This document shows positions 18,747-29,962 of a stretch of DNA of 64,000 nucleotides, piece by piece. The notes beneath the pieces are model-generated. The model had not been told where the DNA came from, ran no database searches, and worked only from the letters and a program-made list of their open reading frames with translations. Made by a program: the position numbers and the translations under genes. The number at the start of each line of letters is the position of its first letter. Positions within the stretch are counted from its first letter, which is position 1. This DNA is from an uncultured bacterium (GTDB taxonomy: Bacteria > Patescibacteriota > Minisyncoccia > Phycocordibacterales > DATDWN01), in assembly GCA_963727715.1 (NCBI GenBank), contig CAVSGX010000004.1:8455-72454 (forward strand), written 5' to 3'.

Positions 18747-19535
18747 ATGATTCATAAATTATTAAAAAGAATTAAAGGTATCAAGAGAACTCAAAAAATT
18801 TTTGGAAGACTTTTCAGATTTTCTTTGGCCGGGATGAATTATGGCAACGGCGATAACTTTACAGAAAGCGGAGAAATAAATACACTCAATTACATAAAAA
18901 ATAAAATCAAAAATGGAGAAAGGGCGGTAATTTTTGATGTGGGCGCAAATATAGGAAATTATTCATATCTCCTATCGGAAATGTTTGGCCCAGAATCAAT
19001 AGTCCATTCATTTGAACCATCAATAAAGACATTTGGGGTGTTCAAAGAAAATACAAAAAAGAAGGCGAATATTTTACCAAACAACTTTGGCATGAGTGAC
19101 TCAAAAAAAGAAGAGTTACTTTATACAAACGCTGAAGGCTCTGGAATAGCTTCCATGTACAAGAGAAACTTGGTTCACTTCGGAATAGTCTTGGATAAAA
19201 ATGAGAAAATAAAACTATCCACTGTGGATGATTATTGCGAAGAAAACAAAATCAAAAAAATAAACTTTCTTAAAATAGATGTGGAAAGGCATGAATTAAG
19301 TGTTCTTAAGGGTGCAGAAAAAATGATAGCTGGCGGAAAAATAGATTTCATACAGTTTGAATTTGGGGGTTGTAATATAGACTCCAGAACTTATTTTCAG
19401 GATTTTTTCTACAAATTAAAAGATAATTTCCGCATATACAGGATACTAAAAGATGGCCTCTTTGAAATACCTAGATACGACGAAACTTTGGAGATTTTCG
19501 TTACGACAAATTATTTAGCTGAAAAAATAAAATAA
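18747..19535 (+). CDS. FkbM-family methyltransferase
   Basis: 'VIFDVGANIGNYS' FkbM motif. The start was moved to an internal Met to avoid overlap. Confidence 0.7.
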   Translation: MIHKLLKRIKGIKRTQKIFGRLFRFSLAGMNYGNGDNFTESGEINTLNYIKNKIKNGERAVIFDVGANIGNYSYLLSEMFGPESIVHSFEPSIKTFGVFKENTKKKANILPNNFGMSDSKKEELLYTNAEGSGIASMYKRNLVHFGIVLDKNEKIKLSTVDDYCEENKIKKINFLKIDVERHELSVLKGAEKMIAGGKIDFIQFEFGGCNIDSRTYFQDFFYKLKDNFRIYRILKDGLFEIPRYDETLEIFVTTNYLAEKIK

Positions 19536-19538
19536 TCT

Positions 19539-20435
19539 ATGTCTCTAAAAAATGTAATAATCACTGAACTATCCGGTGGTTTAGGTAACCAGCTCTTTCA
19601 ATACTCTGCCGGAAAATCTTTGGCTAAAAAACTTGGCGTTCCTCTGATTTTAGATCTGGGAAATTACAAAGACAGTAAAAGGCCTTATGCTCTAGATATA
19701 TTTGATATCAATCCAAGAATCGCCACAATAGAAGAAATAGAACAAGCCAAAAGGGGAGAAATTTTCAGAAAAATAGCTCATAAAATTTCAGCGAGATTGG
19801 AAAATCCAGTTTCTTATATACTCTTATTGATAACCGGTTTTTATGTTTTTAAAGAGCCATATTCCCATTTTTATCCAGATTTTTTCAGATTGCCGAAAAA
19901 TTCTTTACTGCGCGGTAACTGGCAAAGTCAAAAATATTTTGAAAACATTATCGATGATTTACGTAATGAGCTTGTCTTTCGTTCCGATATAAAAGAAAAA
20001 TGTTTAGAAATGTTATCCCAAATATCTTCTATAAATTCCGTATCAATCCATGTAAGGCGAGAAGACTATTTGGACAAGCCCGAGAAATATCCTGTTTGCT
20101 CAATTGAATATTACAAAGAAGCAGTAAAAATTCTAGAGCAAAAAATATCTGAGCCGGTGTATTTTATTTTCTCCGATGACACAAAATGGTTTAAAGGAAA
20201 TATGGGTTTTATAAAAAATGCTATTTTCATATCTGATAAAACATACAGGGATTGCGATGAATTTTTTCTAATGAGCCTTTGCAAACACAATATTATTGCC
20301 AACTCATCATTTTCCTGGTGGGCGGCTAAACTCGGCAAAAACCGGGATAAACTGGTAATCGCACCTAAGATGTGGTTTGGTGGCCATATCAAAGACACTA
20401 TGGATATTGTACCGAGCTCGTGGATTAAAATATAA
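19539..20435 (+). CDS. GT11-family alpha-1,2-fucosyltransferase-like glycosyltransferase
   Basis: 'GGLGNQLFQYSAG' is the GT11 hallmark motif. Confidence 0.7.
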   Translation: MSLKNVIITELSGGLGNQLFQYSAGKSLAKKLGVPLILDLGNYKDSKRPYALDIFDINPRIATIEEIEQAKRGEIFRKIAHKISARLENPVSYILLLITGFYVFKEPYSHFYPDFFRLPKNSLLRGNWQSQKYFENIIDDLRNELVFRSDIKEKCLEMLSQISSINSVSIHVRREDYLDKPEKYPVCSIEYYKEAVKILEQKISEPVYFIFSDDTKWFKGNMGFIKNAIFISDKTYRDCDEFFLMSLCKHNIIANSSFSWWAAKLGKNRDKLVIAPKMWFGGHIKDTMDIVPSSWIKI

Positions 20436-20438
20436 ATC

Positions 20439-21455
20439 ATGAAATCACAGCCGAAAGTTACAGTTTTCATTTCCCTCTTTAACGCCGAGAAATATATCGG
20501 TATGACCATTGACAGTGTTTTGGTTCAAACTTTTTCTGATTTTCAGATTTTGATTGTGGATGACTGTTCAAAAGATAAAAGTGTGGAAGTGGTCAGGTCG
20601 TATAAAGACCCAAGAATCCGTCTAATCGTCAACGATAAAAACATCGGGTTATTGAAAAGCCGAAACATGGGGCTGGAAGAAGCAAAAACTGAATACGTAG
20701 CTATTATTGACTCGGACGACATTATGTACCCGACGCGTCTGGAAAAACAAGTTTCTTTTCTGGATTCACACCAAGATTTCTCCATGGTCGGGACGTGGAC
20801 AGAAATAATTGATTCCAATGGCAAAAAAACCGGTGTGGAGTGGAAAGACCCGATCCCGCCGGAAAAAATTCCCATGGTTCTATTATTTCATAATTGTTTC
20901 GCTCATTCGTCTGTTATGATAAGAATGAACGCGCTTCAAGGAGAAAGATACCAGACCGATGTGGTAGAAGACCGTGATTTGTGGATTCGACTGTCCAAAA
21001 AATCAAAAATCTGGAATATTCCAAAGATACTGACACAATATCGGGTTCACCAAACAAACAGAACGGTTGGTGTTATGGGAAAAGTGTCCTTCACAACCGA
21101 TAAAATTATCAGAAGAGAATTGAATTATTTGAATATAGATCCAACCGACGAGGAACTGGTGATACACAAAATAAGCTACGCATACAATAATGCCAATATA
21201 AAAGAATTTATAAAAAAGCGCCAAGACTGGCTTTTAAAACTGTTGGAAAAAAATACTCAAACCCATTACTTTCAGCAAAAAACATTTGAGGAAGTTTTGA
21301 AGGAAAGGTGGCTCATTAGTTGTAGCGCCAACGCGCAAGTTGGATTTTGGGTCTGGAAAACTTTTTGGAAATCTAGTTTGAGCAACAGGGCTTTATTTGC
21401 TCAACCAAAACAAGTGATAAAATTTTTTATTAAATGCTTGTTAAAGATTAGATGA
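20439..21455 (+). CDS. GT2 glycosyltransferase
   Basis: 'VTVFISLFNAEKYIGMTIDSVLVQT...LIVDDCSKD' and a DxD motif 'IIDSDD'. Confidence 0.75.
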   Translation: MKSQPKVTVFISLFNAEKYIGMTIDSVLVQTFSDFQILIVDDCSKDKSVEVVRSYKDPRIRLIVNDKNIGLLKSRNMGLEEAKTEYVAIIDSDDIMYPTRLEKQVSFLDSHQDFSMVGTWTEIIDSNGKKTGVEWKDPIPPEKIPMVLLFHNCFAHSSVMIRMNALQGERYQTDVVEDRDLWIRLSKKSKIWNIPKILTQYRVHQTNRTVGVMGKVSFTTDKIIRRELNYLNIDPTDEELVIHKISYAYNNANIKEFIKKRQDWLLKLLEKNTQTHYFQQKTFEEVLKERWLISCSANAQVGFWVWKTFWKSSLSNRALFAQPKQVIKFFIKCLLKIR

Positions 21456-23169
21456 TTTTATAAATATAGATTCCTTTTGAAAAATACAGGATTTTATATG
21501 TTTTTGGTATGACCCAGTTTGGATTTTTGTTACTGTCCCAAACCAAATAATCCACTCTATAAGTTTTGATGATTTTGGCAAAATCAATTTTTTGCATTTG
21601 GACAGCGTCCGCCAAAACTTTGATGACTTGTTCTTGAGGAACCAAAGGACTATTATCCTGTGGCAATCCGAGAATTCTGCGAATCTTGTTTTTGCTTTGG
21701 TTGTGACCGTATTCGTCCGTGTAGTAACCGCCAAAAATCATTCTCTGATTTTGGACAATATGGGCCGGTGTAAAATTGTCAAAATAATGGTTGATAATAA
21801 ATCTCTCTTCTACTTCCCTGCCAGACATAAAAAACAATATTCCATAACCAGAATAATAAACATTTTGCGAAGTGTAGATGGGCAAAAAGAATCCGATATC
21901 ATCGTTGGTGTAAACCACCTCGTCCGGTTTGGCATTTTTAGATAGCCAATCAAATACCCCGGCATAATTTTGAGTGTAAATATCGTAAGAAGAATATGTC
22001 ATTTCAACTTTTATCATATTTGCCACACTGTATACAGACATAACACAAATCAAAAACATCATGATGTAAAAAAATATTTTCTTGAATTTCGACGACAATA
22101 TATTTTGCCATGAATAGATTACGTACGCACCGACAAAAACAAAGGTATACAAATTGCCCAAGAGATAATGGCTGGAAAATTCAAGATTCTTCCCTGTCAA
22201 TAAATGTTGATTGATAACTATGACCGCAGACAAAACAGCCGAGAAAAGAAAAATGGATAATTCACTGACAACAATTTTTTCCTTTTTGTAAGAATATAAA
22301 AACAGACAAATGATAATGACAGCCAAACCAACGCTCAAAAAACCGGACGGAAAGTGGGTGGCGATCATCCCAAGACGGCGGAGAGATTCATTGTAAACGG
22401 AAAGATTACTGCTTTGCCAGACAGAAACAAAATACGGTATGCCTATGACAAAAGCCCCCAAACATACGACAAGATATGTTTTATATGACATATCTTTTAC
22501 TTTCAGAACAAAAACCAGAACTAAAAAGACAGCAAACAAAACCACAAAAAATGTCCAGAAATACGGATAGAGATGAAATAAAAGACCAAACGAAAGAGCT
22601 GACAGAACAGCATACATTTTTTCTTTCTTTTTTATATAAAGCAGAAGAAATAGAAAAGTTAAGAGCCAGAAAACAAAATTGAAAGCCGGCGACGGCAGGC
22701 GCAAAAAAGTATTGGCTGAAAGAATAACATTGGCAAAAAACATACCCAAAATAGACCAGCTTTTTGAACCGGTTAAAACATATAAAATGACATACGATAG
22801 AACTGCAAGCAGAGCCGTCAAAATCCCCGTCCAAATAATAAACCCGACCGGCACGGAAAGACCGAGCCAGCCGATTGGTTTAGCCAAAATGTAATCAGGC
22901 AACCAAAATTGCATGGGGGAACCGTCTTTATGTTCGTAGATATACGGATTGGCTAAGTTTGGGTGACCGTCCAAAACATCACGGGCCCGAGCTTCATAAT
23001 ATATTTCGTCGTCAGTCACACCGTGATATATTCCCTGAAAATTCGGAGAATTTTTAGCGCCCATATATTGCGGAACGGAAGAAGCAACGCCTATCAAAAC
23101 GGCTAACAAAAGAATAACCCAATTATTCAACAAAAATTTAAATATTTTTTTCATCTTGTTTTTTGGCAA
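21448..23169 (-). CDS. Large polytopic membrane protein (possible glycan polymerase/transferase)
   Basis: 573 aa, multi-TM, in the glycan locus. Confidence 0.35.
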   Translation of the reverse strand: MPKNKMKKIFKFLLNNWVILLLAVLIGVASSVPQYMGAKNSPNFQGIYHGVTDDEIYYEARARDVLDGHPNLANPYIYEHKDGSPMQFWLPDYILAKPIGWLGLSVPVGFIIWTGILTALLAVLSYVILYVLTGSKSWSILGMFFANVILSANTFLRLPSPAFNFVFWLLTFLFLLLYIKKKEKMYAVLSALSFGLLFHLYPYFWTFFVVLFAVFLVLVFVLKVKDMSYKTYLVVCLGAFVIGIPYFVSVWQSSNLSVYNESLRRLGMIATHFPSGFLSVGLAVIIICLFLYSYKKEKIVVSELSIFLFSAVLSAVIVINQHLLTGKNLEFSSHYLLGNLYTFVFVGAYVIYSWQNILSSKFKKIFFYIMMFLICVMSVYSVANMIKVEMTYSSYDIYTQNYAGVFDWLSKNAKPDEVVYTNDDIGFFLPIYTSQNVYYSGYGILFFMSGREVEERFIINHYFDNFTPAHIVQNQRMIFGGYYTDEYGHNQSKNKIRRILGLPQDNSPLVPQEQVIKVLADAVQMQKIDFAKIIKTYRVDYLVWDSNKNPNWVIPKTYKILYFSKGIYIYKII

Positions 23170-24022
23170 TTAACAAAAAATTATCTTTTAGATTAATGGG
23201 AATGGACAACTTCGGATATTTTTTTGCAAAAAAATTGGCCAGATAATTCCACAGTGAAATTTTTTGCCATTTATGCAATGTTTTGAAAATGTAAGAGAAT
23301 GTGAATTTTTTGGAAACCGAACCGGTGTATAAAATTTCAAAACCGTTTTTGCCGAGGTACTCCGACAAATTTTGCGGACTGAAATAAAACAAGTGCTCCG
23401 GCGGGACGACTAGGTGCCACCGAGTTTTCATTATCTTTGAAAGCAAACTTTGGCCATTTGGCGTATTGATGACTAGCAGGCCACCGGATTTAAGAGTGAG
23501 ACGAGCCTCAAGCATTTCCCTAAATGGATTAGTCATATGTTCCAAAACATCAAACATAGTGACAACGTCAAAAAAATTCTCCGGTTTTTGGTTTGACAAA
23601 ATATCACCGACGGAAATATTCAAACCCTTTTTTCTGCCTATATTAGCGGCAAAAGCCGATATTTCCACACCAGAAACAGCAAAACCGCGCGATTTGGCAA
23701 TGGACATAAAAAAACCGGTGGCAGCGCCGATATCCAAAAGATTACCATTTTTTTTGCCAAATTTTTCGCATAAACCAAGATATTTCTCAAATGTAGGAAT
23801 CATCGGTTCTTTGTCCGAGTCATAATTAACGTAGCCGAAACCATCTTCGGCCCCGGAAAAATAATCCTCATTGTAAAGGGAAAATGAATTTGGAATCGGA
23901 TAGACAAAAATCAACTTGCAATGATCGCATCTGTATAAATCAAAATTATTCTTCCTCCCCCATTTTGAAGAAACAACACTCCCACAGAGAGGACATTTTA
24001 TTTTTTGAATCTTATTTTCCAT
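23138..24022 (-). CDS. Class I SAM-dependent methyltransferase with N-terminal zinc ribbon
   Basis: 'CPLCGS...CDHC' and 'LLDIGAATGFF' motif I. Confidence 0.65.
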   Translation of the reverse strand: MENKIQKIKCPLCGSVVSSKWGRKNNFDLYRCDHCKLIFVYPIPNSFSLYNEDYFSGAEDGFGYVNYDSDKEPMIPTFEKYLGLCEKFGKKNGNLLDIGAATGFFMSIAKSRGFAVSGVEISAFAANIGRKKGLNISVGDILSNQKPENFFDVVTMFDVLEHMTNPFREMLEARLTLKSGGLLVINTPNGQSLLSKIMKTRWHLVVPPEHLFYFSPQNLSEYLGKNGFEILYTGSVSKKFTFSYIFKTLHKWQKISLWNYLANFFAKKYPKLSIPINLKDNFLLIAKKQDEKNI

Positions 24023-24702
24023 GGAGCTATTATACCTTCGCCAATAATATGATTTGATATTTTTGATTCGCCCCCGATTCGACTGCCGAAGATGATTGGT
24101 AATTCTTTGAATTTGGCTCCATTTTTCCGAAGCAGATTTTTAAATTCCATTTGAAAAGCGTATCCTGAAGAATCAATATCTTGCAAGTCAACCTTTTTCA
24201 GCACAGACATATCAATCATATAGAAACCGGCGGTTAAATCTCTGACTGGTATGCCGGTAATAATCCTGGCGTAAAGATTGCCAAAATACGACAGGGCTTT
24301 GCGCCAAGTTTCCCAGCCAATGGTATCACCGCCAGGGACATAGCGCGAACCGATGACAACCGAAAAACCTTTGTCAATCAATTTTTCCATTTCTTTCAAA
24401 TATTTCGGATGATGCGACATATCAGCATCCATCATGGCCACAATCTCCGGATCATATTTTTCAAAAATATGATTGAACGCGCCAATGTAAGCTTTACCAA
24501 GACCCTCTTTGCTTTTTCTAACCAAGAGGTGCACTTTGTTGTTTGTCAGTTTTAGATGTTTGACAATATCAGCTGTGCCGTCAGGTGAATTATCATCAAC
24601 TACCAGAATATGAGAGTGAGGGATACGCAAATTTATTTCATCAATGATTTTGACGATAGTGTCTTTTTCGTTATAAGTTGGAATGATGATAAGAAGCTTC
24701 AT
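23998..24702 (-). CDS. GT2 polyprenyl-phosphate glycosyltransferase (Dpm1/ArnC-like)
   Basis: 'LLIIIPTYNEKDTI...LVVDDNSPDGT'. Confidence 0.7.
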   Translation of the reverse strand: MKLLIIIPTYNEKDTIVKIIDEINLRIPHSHILVVDDNSPDGTADIVKHLKLTNNKVHLLVRKSKEGLGKAYIGAFNHIFEKYDPEIVAMMDADMSHHPKYLKEMEKLIDKGFSVVIGSRYVPGGDTIGWETWRKALSYFGNLYARIITGIPVRDLTAGFYMIDMSVLKKVDLQDIDSSGYAFQMEFKNLLRKNGAKFKELPIIFGSRIGGESKISNHIIGEGIIAPWKIRFKK

Positions 24703-25823
24703 TTTGTTATGAATGAAATAATATTTTCTGCACGTTTCCCCCATGTATATTTTGATATCACATCCTCGTAAGCTTTCTGGCTTATTTTTTTTGCAACATC
24801 AGGATTTTCTTTCAAAAAAACAATCTTTTCGGCAAGAGCTTTCGGATCGTTCGGCGGAATAAGGATGGCATTTACTCCATCTGTAAGCACCTCTCGTATT
24901 GAAGGCAAATTTGTCGTTACAATCGGTTTGCCACTGGCCATATACTCAAAAATCTTCAGTGGTGACATAAAATAAGCATAATGTTCAATATTTGGAAACG
25001 GAGCGACCAAAACATCACAGAGCGACATATAGCTCGGGATTTCAGTGTGAGAAACTTTACCGACAAAAATAGCTCTGCCAGACAAACCCAAATGTTTAGT
25101 CATATTGGTATAATATTCTATATCGTCCTTCTCCCCACCAACAATCAATAGTTTAAAATTATTATTCAAGTATTTCAAAGCCAGTAAGCAATCAGATAAA
25201 CCTTTCTCTTTGCCCATTGTTTTCAGAGTGCCAATATACCCGAAAATAAAATCACTTTGTTCAATATTTTCAATTTTTTTAGCGGTAACATTTTTTCTAA
25301 AATTTTCCATATCAACTCCATCCGGAGCGATAAGTATTTTCTCTTTTTCAATTCCAAACTTTACCAATCTGTCTTTTATAAAAGAAGTCAAAACTATAAT
25401 TTTTGAAGAAAGATTGAAAAATATTTTCTGGGAGAATGACATTTTTTTCGGAAAAGAGTGTCTTTCCAAAACCACATTTGGGAAAAAAATTGCCGAGTAA
25501 GTGTCGCGAGAATACAAAATATCAAAATGATTCATCCAGACAAAAACTCTGGCCGACAGATAAAATGAGATGAACCTAAGCCAATATAAAACTATGCTTT
25601 GATTTCCCGGTATAATATCCAGACACCAAACTTTTTTGACAACAAAAGTTTTAGCCATGCCGTAGTGATCAAAAGGATCCACTCCCTGCAAAATTTTCCT
25701 TTTCGGCACAACCAAAATCACCTCTTCCCCTTTTTGAGCAAAGGCTTTGCACATACTCATAATCTGGATAGAATGCGCCCAATCGTCCGGAATATTAGCG
25801 TTGACTACATAAGCCAATTTCAT
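24699..25823 (-). CDS. GT4 glycosyltransferase
   Basis: C-terminal 'FPNIEHYAYFMSPLKIFEYMASGKPIVTT' is a glycos_transf_1 pattern. Confidence 0.6.
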   Translation of the reverse strand: MKLAYVVNANIPDDWAHSIQIMSMCKAFAQKGEEVILVVPKRKILQGVDPFDHYGMAKTFVVKKVWCLDIIPGNQSIVLYWLRFISFYLSARVFVWMNHFDILYSRDTYSAIFFPNVVLERHSFPKKMSFSQKIFFNLSSKIIVLTSFIKDRLVKFGIEKEKILIAPDGVDMENFRKNVTAKKIENIEQSDFIFGYIGTLKTMGKEKGLSDCLLALKYLNNNFKLLIVGGEKDDIEYYTNMTKHLGLSGRAIFVGKVSHTEIPSYMSLCDVLVAPFPNIEHYAYFMSPLKIFEYMASGKPIVTTNLPSIREVLTDGVNAILIPPNDPKALAEKIVFLKENPDVAKKISQKAYEDVISKYTWGKRAENIISFITK

Positions 25824-26822
25824 TTATATGTGTTTTAGAAATTGCTGGGTATGGGCCATCGGATTTTTGTATTTTTCCAAGTCCGCCTCAACCATCATCT
25901 TAACCAGTTCCTTGAAAGATACTTTTGGTTTCCAGCCAAGTATTGTTTTTATTTTTGTCGGATCACCGAGAAGATAGTTGACATCAACAGGTCTGTAAAA
26001 TTGTTTATCAACTTTGACATAATTTTTGTAATCAAGACCGACGGTAGAAAACGCTTCTTGGCAAAATTCCCTGACGGAATGACTCTCTCCAGTTGCTACC
26101 ACATAATCATCCGGTTTGTTGTGTTGAAGCATCATCCACATGGCCTCGACATAATCCCCGGCAAAACCCCAGTCTCTTTTGGCATCCAAGTTGCCCAGGA
26201 AAATTTCTTTGTTATAACCCATTTTTATTCTGGCCACACCATCGGTAATTTTTTTGGTCACAAATTCTATCCCGCGTATTGGCGATTCGTGATTGAAAAG
26301 TATACCCGAGCAGGTGAACATGTTGTACCCATCCCTGTAATTTTTGTTGACCCAATGCCCATAAAGTTTGGCGACAGCATATGGACTAGCTGGCTCAAAA
26401 GGTGTTTTTTCACTTTGCGGATGCGGAGCATTGCCAAACATTTCCGAGGTTGATGCCTGATAGAATTTTATTTTTGGATTCACTATGCGTATTGAATCCA
26501 AAATTCTGGTAACACCGAGCCCGGATATTTCACCGGTTGTAATGGCTTGTTCAAAAGAGACCCCAACAAAACTTTGGGAGGCCAGATTGTATATTTCATC
26601 TGGTTCAGATTCTTTGATGGCATTTATAATGGATGTTTGATCCAGAAGATCGAACGGCAACAGTTTTATATCCTTTTTTACATCCAAATAATGCAAGCGC
26701 CAAAAATTCCTAGTGCTTGATCTTTTATACCCACCAAAGACTTCATACCCTTTGCTGACTAAAAACTTGGCCAAATACGGGCCATCTTGACCTGTGATGC
26801 CTGTGATAAGTGCTCTTTTCAT
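25824..26822 (-). CDS. gmd: GDP-mannose 4,6-dehydratase
   Basis: 'KRALITGITGQDGPYLAKFLVSKGYEVFG' and the overall length match the GMD family. Confidence 0.9.
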   Translation of the reverse strand: MKRALITGITGQDGPYLAKFLVSKGYEVFGGYKRSSTRNFWRLHYLDVKKDIKLLPFDLLDQTSIINAIKESEPDEIYNLASQSFVGVSFEQAITTGEISGLGVTRILDSIRIVNPKIKFYQASTSEMFGNAPHPQSEKTPFEPASPYAVAKLYGHWVNKNYRDGYNMFTCSGILFNHESPIRGIEFVTKKITDGVARIKMGYNKEIFLGNLDAKRDWGFAGDYVEAMWMMLQHNKPDDYVVATGESHSVREFCQEAFSTVGLDYKNYVKVDKQFYRPVDVNYLLGDPTKIKTILGWKPKVSFKELVKMMVEADLEKYKNPMAHTQQFLKHI

Positions 26823-26835
26823 AAAAAATAAATGA

Positions 26836-27975
26836 TTATTTCCTTTTAAAAATATTCTTTAAATTTTCCGCTATATATTTAATATCTTTGTCCAAAAGTT
26901 TTGAACTACTCGGTAAGGTCAAACCTTTTTTATGCAACATTTCGGCTACCGGAAATTTTTTACCTCTGGCAAATTCAGGATAAGCCTTTTGACTACTGAT
27001 GGTAGGAAAGAGAGGTCTTGTATCAATTCCTTTATCAGATAACAATTTTCTGATCTCATCTACACTACCATCAATTAATATATTGAAAAACCAGAAAGAT
27101 GGTACGGTACCAGAAGGAATAGGTTGAAAAGAAATCTCTGGAATACCTTTTAACAAACTTTTATACAAATGATCGTGCTCTTTTCTTTTTTTTATAAAAG
27201 CACCAATCCTTTCCAGCTGAGCAAGCCCTACTGCAGCCTGGATATTTGTCAGTCGATAATTATAACCTACAACTTCATTCAAATAGACTCCTGGTTGATT
27301 CATACCATGATGTTTTAACACCCTCATTTTTTCATACAATTTTTCGTCATTCATGAGACACATACCACCCTCTCCAGTCGTAATAATTTTATTTCCAAAA
27401 AAAGAAAAACAACTAACATCACCAAAACTTCCGACCATTTTGTTTTTGTATTTAGCACCATGAGCTTCTGCGGCATCCTCAATAAGAAATATTTTGTTTT
27501 TTTTACACCATTTTTCTATGTAGTCGTAATTGCAAGGCACACCATATATGTCGACAGATATAACGGCTTTGGTTTTTGAAGTTTTTAACTTATCAAGCTG
27601 ATTTTCATCAAGAGTCCAGTCATCTATTTTTGAGTCGATAAAAACAGGGGTGGCGCCAACATGCCTAACAACCGCTGCAGTGGAAACAAAAGTAAAAGTC
27701 GGAACTATCACTTCATCGCCTTTACCTACTCCTAAACCCAAGAGGGCCAGATGAAGGGCTGTAGTCCCATTACTGGTCGCCAGAGCATATTTTCTATTAC
27801 AAAAAGACGCAAAATCTTTTTTGAACTTATCTAAATACTTTCCGCTTGAAGAAACCCTCCCCTCGACCAAAACTGCATCTCTAAGATATTTCATTTCATT
27901 ACCACTCAAATCTGGCTCTGCAACTGGTATTTTTTTTATTTTTAAGCTCATGTGATTAGAATAGTATAGACCCAA
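26836..27975 (-). CDS. DegT/DnrJ/EryC1/StrS PLP-dependent sugar aminotransferase (plausibly GDP-perosamine synthase given the adjacent gmd)
   Basis: A 379-aa protein of the PLP-dependent DegT/DnrJ/EryC1/StrS aminotransferase family, adjacent to gmd. Confidence 0.75.
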   Translation of the reverse strand: MGLYYSNHMSLKIKKIPVAEPDLSGNEMKYLRDAVLVEGRVSSSGKYLDKFKKDFASFCNRKYALATSNGTTALHLALLGLGVGKGDEVIVPTFTFVSTAAVVRHVGATPVFIDSKIDDWTLDENQLDKLKTSKTKAVISVDIYGVPCNYDYIEKWCKKNKIFLIEDAAEAHGAKYKNKMVGSFGDVSCFSFFGNKIITTGEGGMCLMNDEKLYEKMRVLKHHGMNQPGVYLNEVVGYNYRLTNIQAAVGLAQLERIGAFIKKRKEHDHLYKSLLKGIPEISFQPIPSGTVPSFWFFNILIDGSVDEIRKLLSDKGIDTRPLFPTISSQKAYPEFARGKKFPVAEMLHKKGLTLPSSSKLLDKDIKYIAENLKNIFKRK

Positions 27976-28017
27976 AAGGGTTTAAAATATACCCTTGACA
28001 TTTTACACAAAAAATTA

Positions 28018-28653
28018 TTATTTTTTAATTTCAAGTACGAGAGAAAGCCCACGAATTCCAAAAAATCTCTGAATCTTTGACACAGTGCTCGGAGTAATGT
28101 CCATAACCCTCATTATTTTCCCCAGACCAGGAAAACATCTAAAATCTTCACAGACTAGAATATTTTTAAACCCAGCATCGTAGGCAACCATACTCAGACT
28201 CTTTTTTGTAAACGGGTGTTTGTGTGTATAATCATCCCAAAATGCACGATTTAACATATAAGGACAGTTTGGTGTCAAAATTATTGCTTTGCCTTCAAAC
28301 TTCAAAATCCTATTAACCTCTTTAAAAAAAAGTAATGGATCGGAAAGATGTTCCACCACATGTTTAATATATATTCCTTCATATGCTTCATCTTTGAGGA
28401 TAGACATTGGCTTCCCCGGTTCAATTTTATCAACATTAAATCCCCTGCTCCTGGCAATAGCAATACTATCATCATCAATATCGACTCCAGATATTTGATT
28501 TGGGGCCAGAGCTATAAAATTACCGGTCGCACAACCAATATCTAGAATTTGACCTTTTGTGTCTTTAAACCAGCGATTAAAATATAGACGATCAAACCAT
28601 AATTCTTCTTGTGAATACTTAGGTCTGTATTCTTTATCTGAAAAGTAGCTCAT
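28018..28653 (-). CDS. Class I SAM-dependent methyltransferase
   Basis: 'ILDIGCATGNF' motif I. Confidence 0.6.
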   Translation of the reverse strand: MSYFSDKEYRPKYSQEELWFDRLYFNRWFKDTKGQILDIGCATGNFIALAPNQISGVDIDDDSIAIARSRGFNVDKIEPGKPMSILKDEAYEGIYIKHVVEHLSDPLLFFKEVNRILKFEGKAIILTPNCPYMLNRAFWDDYTHKHPFTKKSLSMVAYDAGFKNILVCEDFRCFPGLGKIMRVMDITPSTVSKIQRFFGIRGLSLVLEIKK

Positions 28654-28655
28654 TT

Positions 28656-29939
28656 TTATTTTGTGACACTTAGTAATAAAGAAAACAACTCGACAGATGT
28701 TTTTTTTATATCAAACAAATCTTTTGCTTTTTTCGAGTTAAGTTCTCTGTAGTGTTTCTTTTGGTCTTCTGAAATTAAACTCATCTTGTATATAACATCG
28801 GCAAGCGCTTGTTTGTCTCCGGTCTTGACCAAAATACCATTGACATTATTTTCGACTGCCTCCTTTATACCACCGGTATCATAAGCAACCACCGGAAGGC
28901 CTACAGCCATAGCCTCTTTCATCGCCATACCCATACATTCACGTGGAGTTATCGATGGAAAACAAAAACAGTCGACAGCAGAATATAATTCAGCCAAATC
29001 TTGTTCTGAAAGAGCTTGAAAAATTTTTAGGTTTTCATCCGGAAAACCTATTTCTTCTGCCCTAGCTTTAAGTTCCAAAATATCCCCCATCCCACACAAT
29101 ACAACAGCCATAGAGTTTCGTACATTCACATCAAGTTTAAGTAAAGATTCAAATAACTGGTCGTGACCTTTTCTCATCTTAAGTGCTCCCACAGCCATAA
29201 TTAAATATTTATCTATCGGAAGATTAAATTTTATTCTTGCCTCTTTCTGATTTGAAAGCATCCTGCCATAAAAAACATCAAAACTTATTCCACTATATAC
29301 GACATGAATTTTTGAATGATCGTCTAAATATTTTTTAGGACCAATCGCACAGTGTTCGCTTGCCGGAACAACCATGTCAACTTGGTCTAAAATGTATTTC
29401 CATAGCTTTTCATATCTTGGCGCAATATTTATTCCATCGGCTTTTGCTTTAAATTGAATCTCTGCATAATTTTCAAAAACAATCGGTAATTTGTTATTTT
29501 TTGCTACCATGACCGCAACAAGAGTCTGCAAACTACCCGTTTCACTTACAATAATATTTGGTTTAATTTTTTTAATAGCATTATCAATAACAACCCCCCT
29601 TCCGGCACAATACAAAAAATATGTTAGATCAAAATTCGGAAATAATTTTACTTGTTTAGAAAATAGCCTTGCATATAAAACGGGACTGTTTAAAAAATTG
29701 CTCAGAATAAATAGTATTTTATCCATTCCATCCGGCTTTTTCTTGAAATCATATATACGACCAACACCAGAATCCAAATCATTTTCACCACCATGATAAT
29801 GGTGGGCATGCAAATATACTTCAGCATCAGCTTTTTTCCATTCTCGTGCATGTAATAAACACCTCTTCATAATTCCTCCGTACGGTGGAGGAATACATTC
29901 GCCATTGTCACCGGTAATTATAATTCTTAATTTATTCAT
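28656..29939 (-). CDS. GT4 glycosyltransferase
   Basis: 'GLPVVAYDTGGIKEAVENNVNGILV'. Confidence 0.6.
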   Translation of the reverse strand: MNKLRIIITGDNGECIPPPYGGIMKRCLLHAREWKKADAEVYLHAHHYHGGENDLDSGVGRIYDFKKKPDGMDKILFILSNFLNSPVLYARLFSKQVKLFPNFDLTYFLYCAGRGVVIDNAIKKIKPNIIVSETGSLQTLVAVMVAKNNKLPIVFENYAEIQFKAKADGINIAPRYEKLWKYILDQVDMVVPASEHCAIGPKKYLDDHSKIHVVYSGISFDVFYGRMLSNQKEARIKFNLPIDKYLIMAVGALKMRKGHDQLFESLLKLDVNVRNSMAVVLCGMGDILELKARAEEIGFPDENLKIFQALSEQDLAELYSAVDCFCFPSITPRECMGMAMKEAMAVGLPVVAYDTGGIKEAVENNVNGILVKTGDKQALADVIYKMSLISEDQKKHYRELNSKKAKDLFDIKKTSVELFSLLLSVTK

Positions 29940-29962
29940 ATGGATAATTCTACATTAAACAT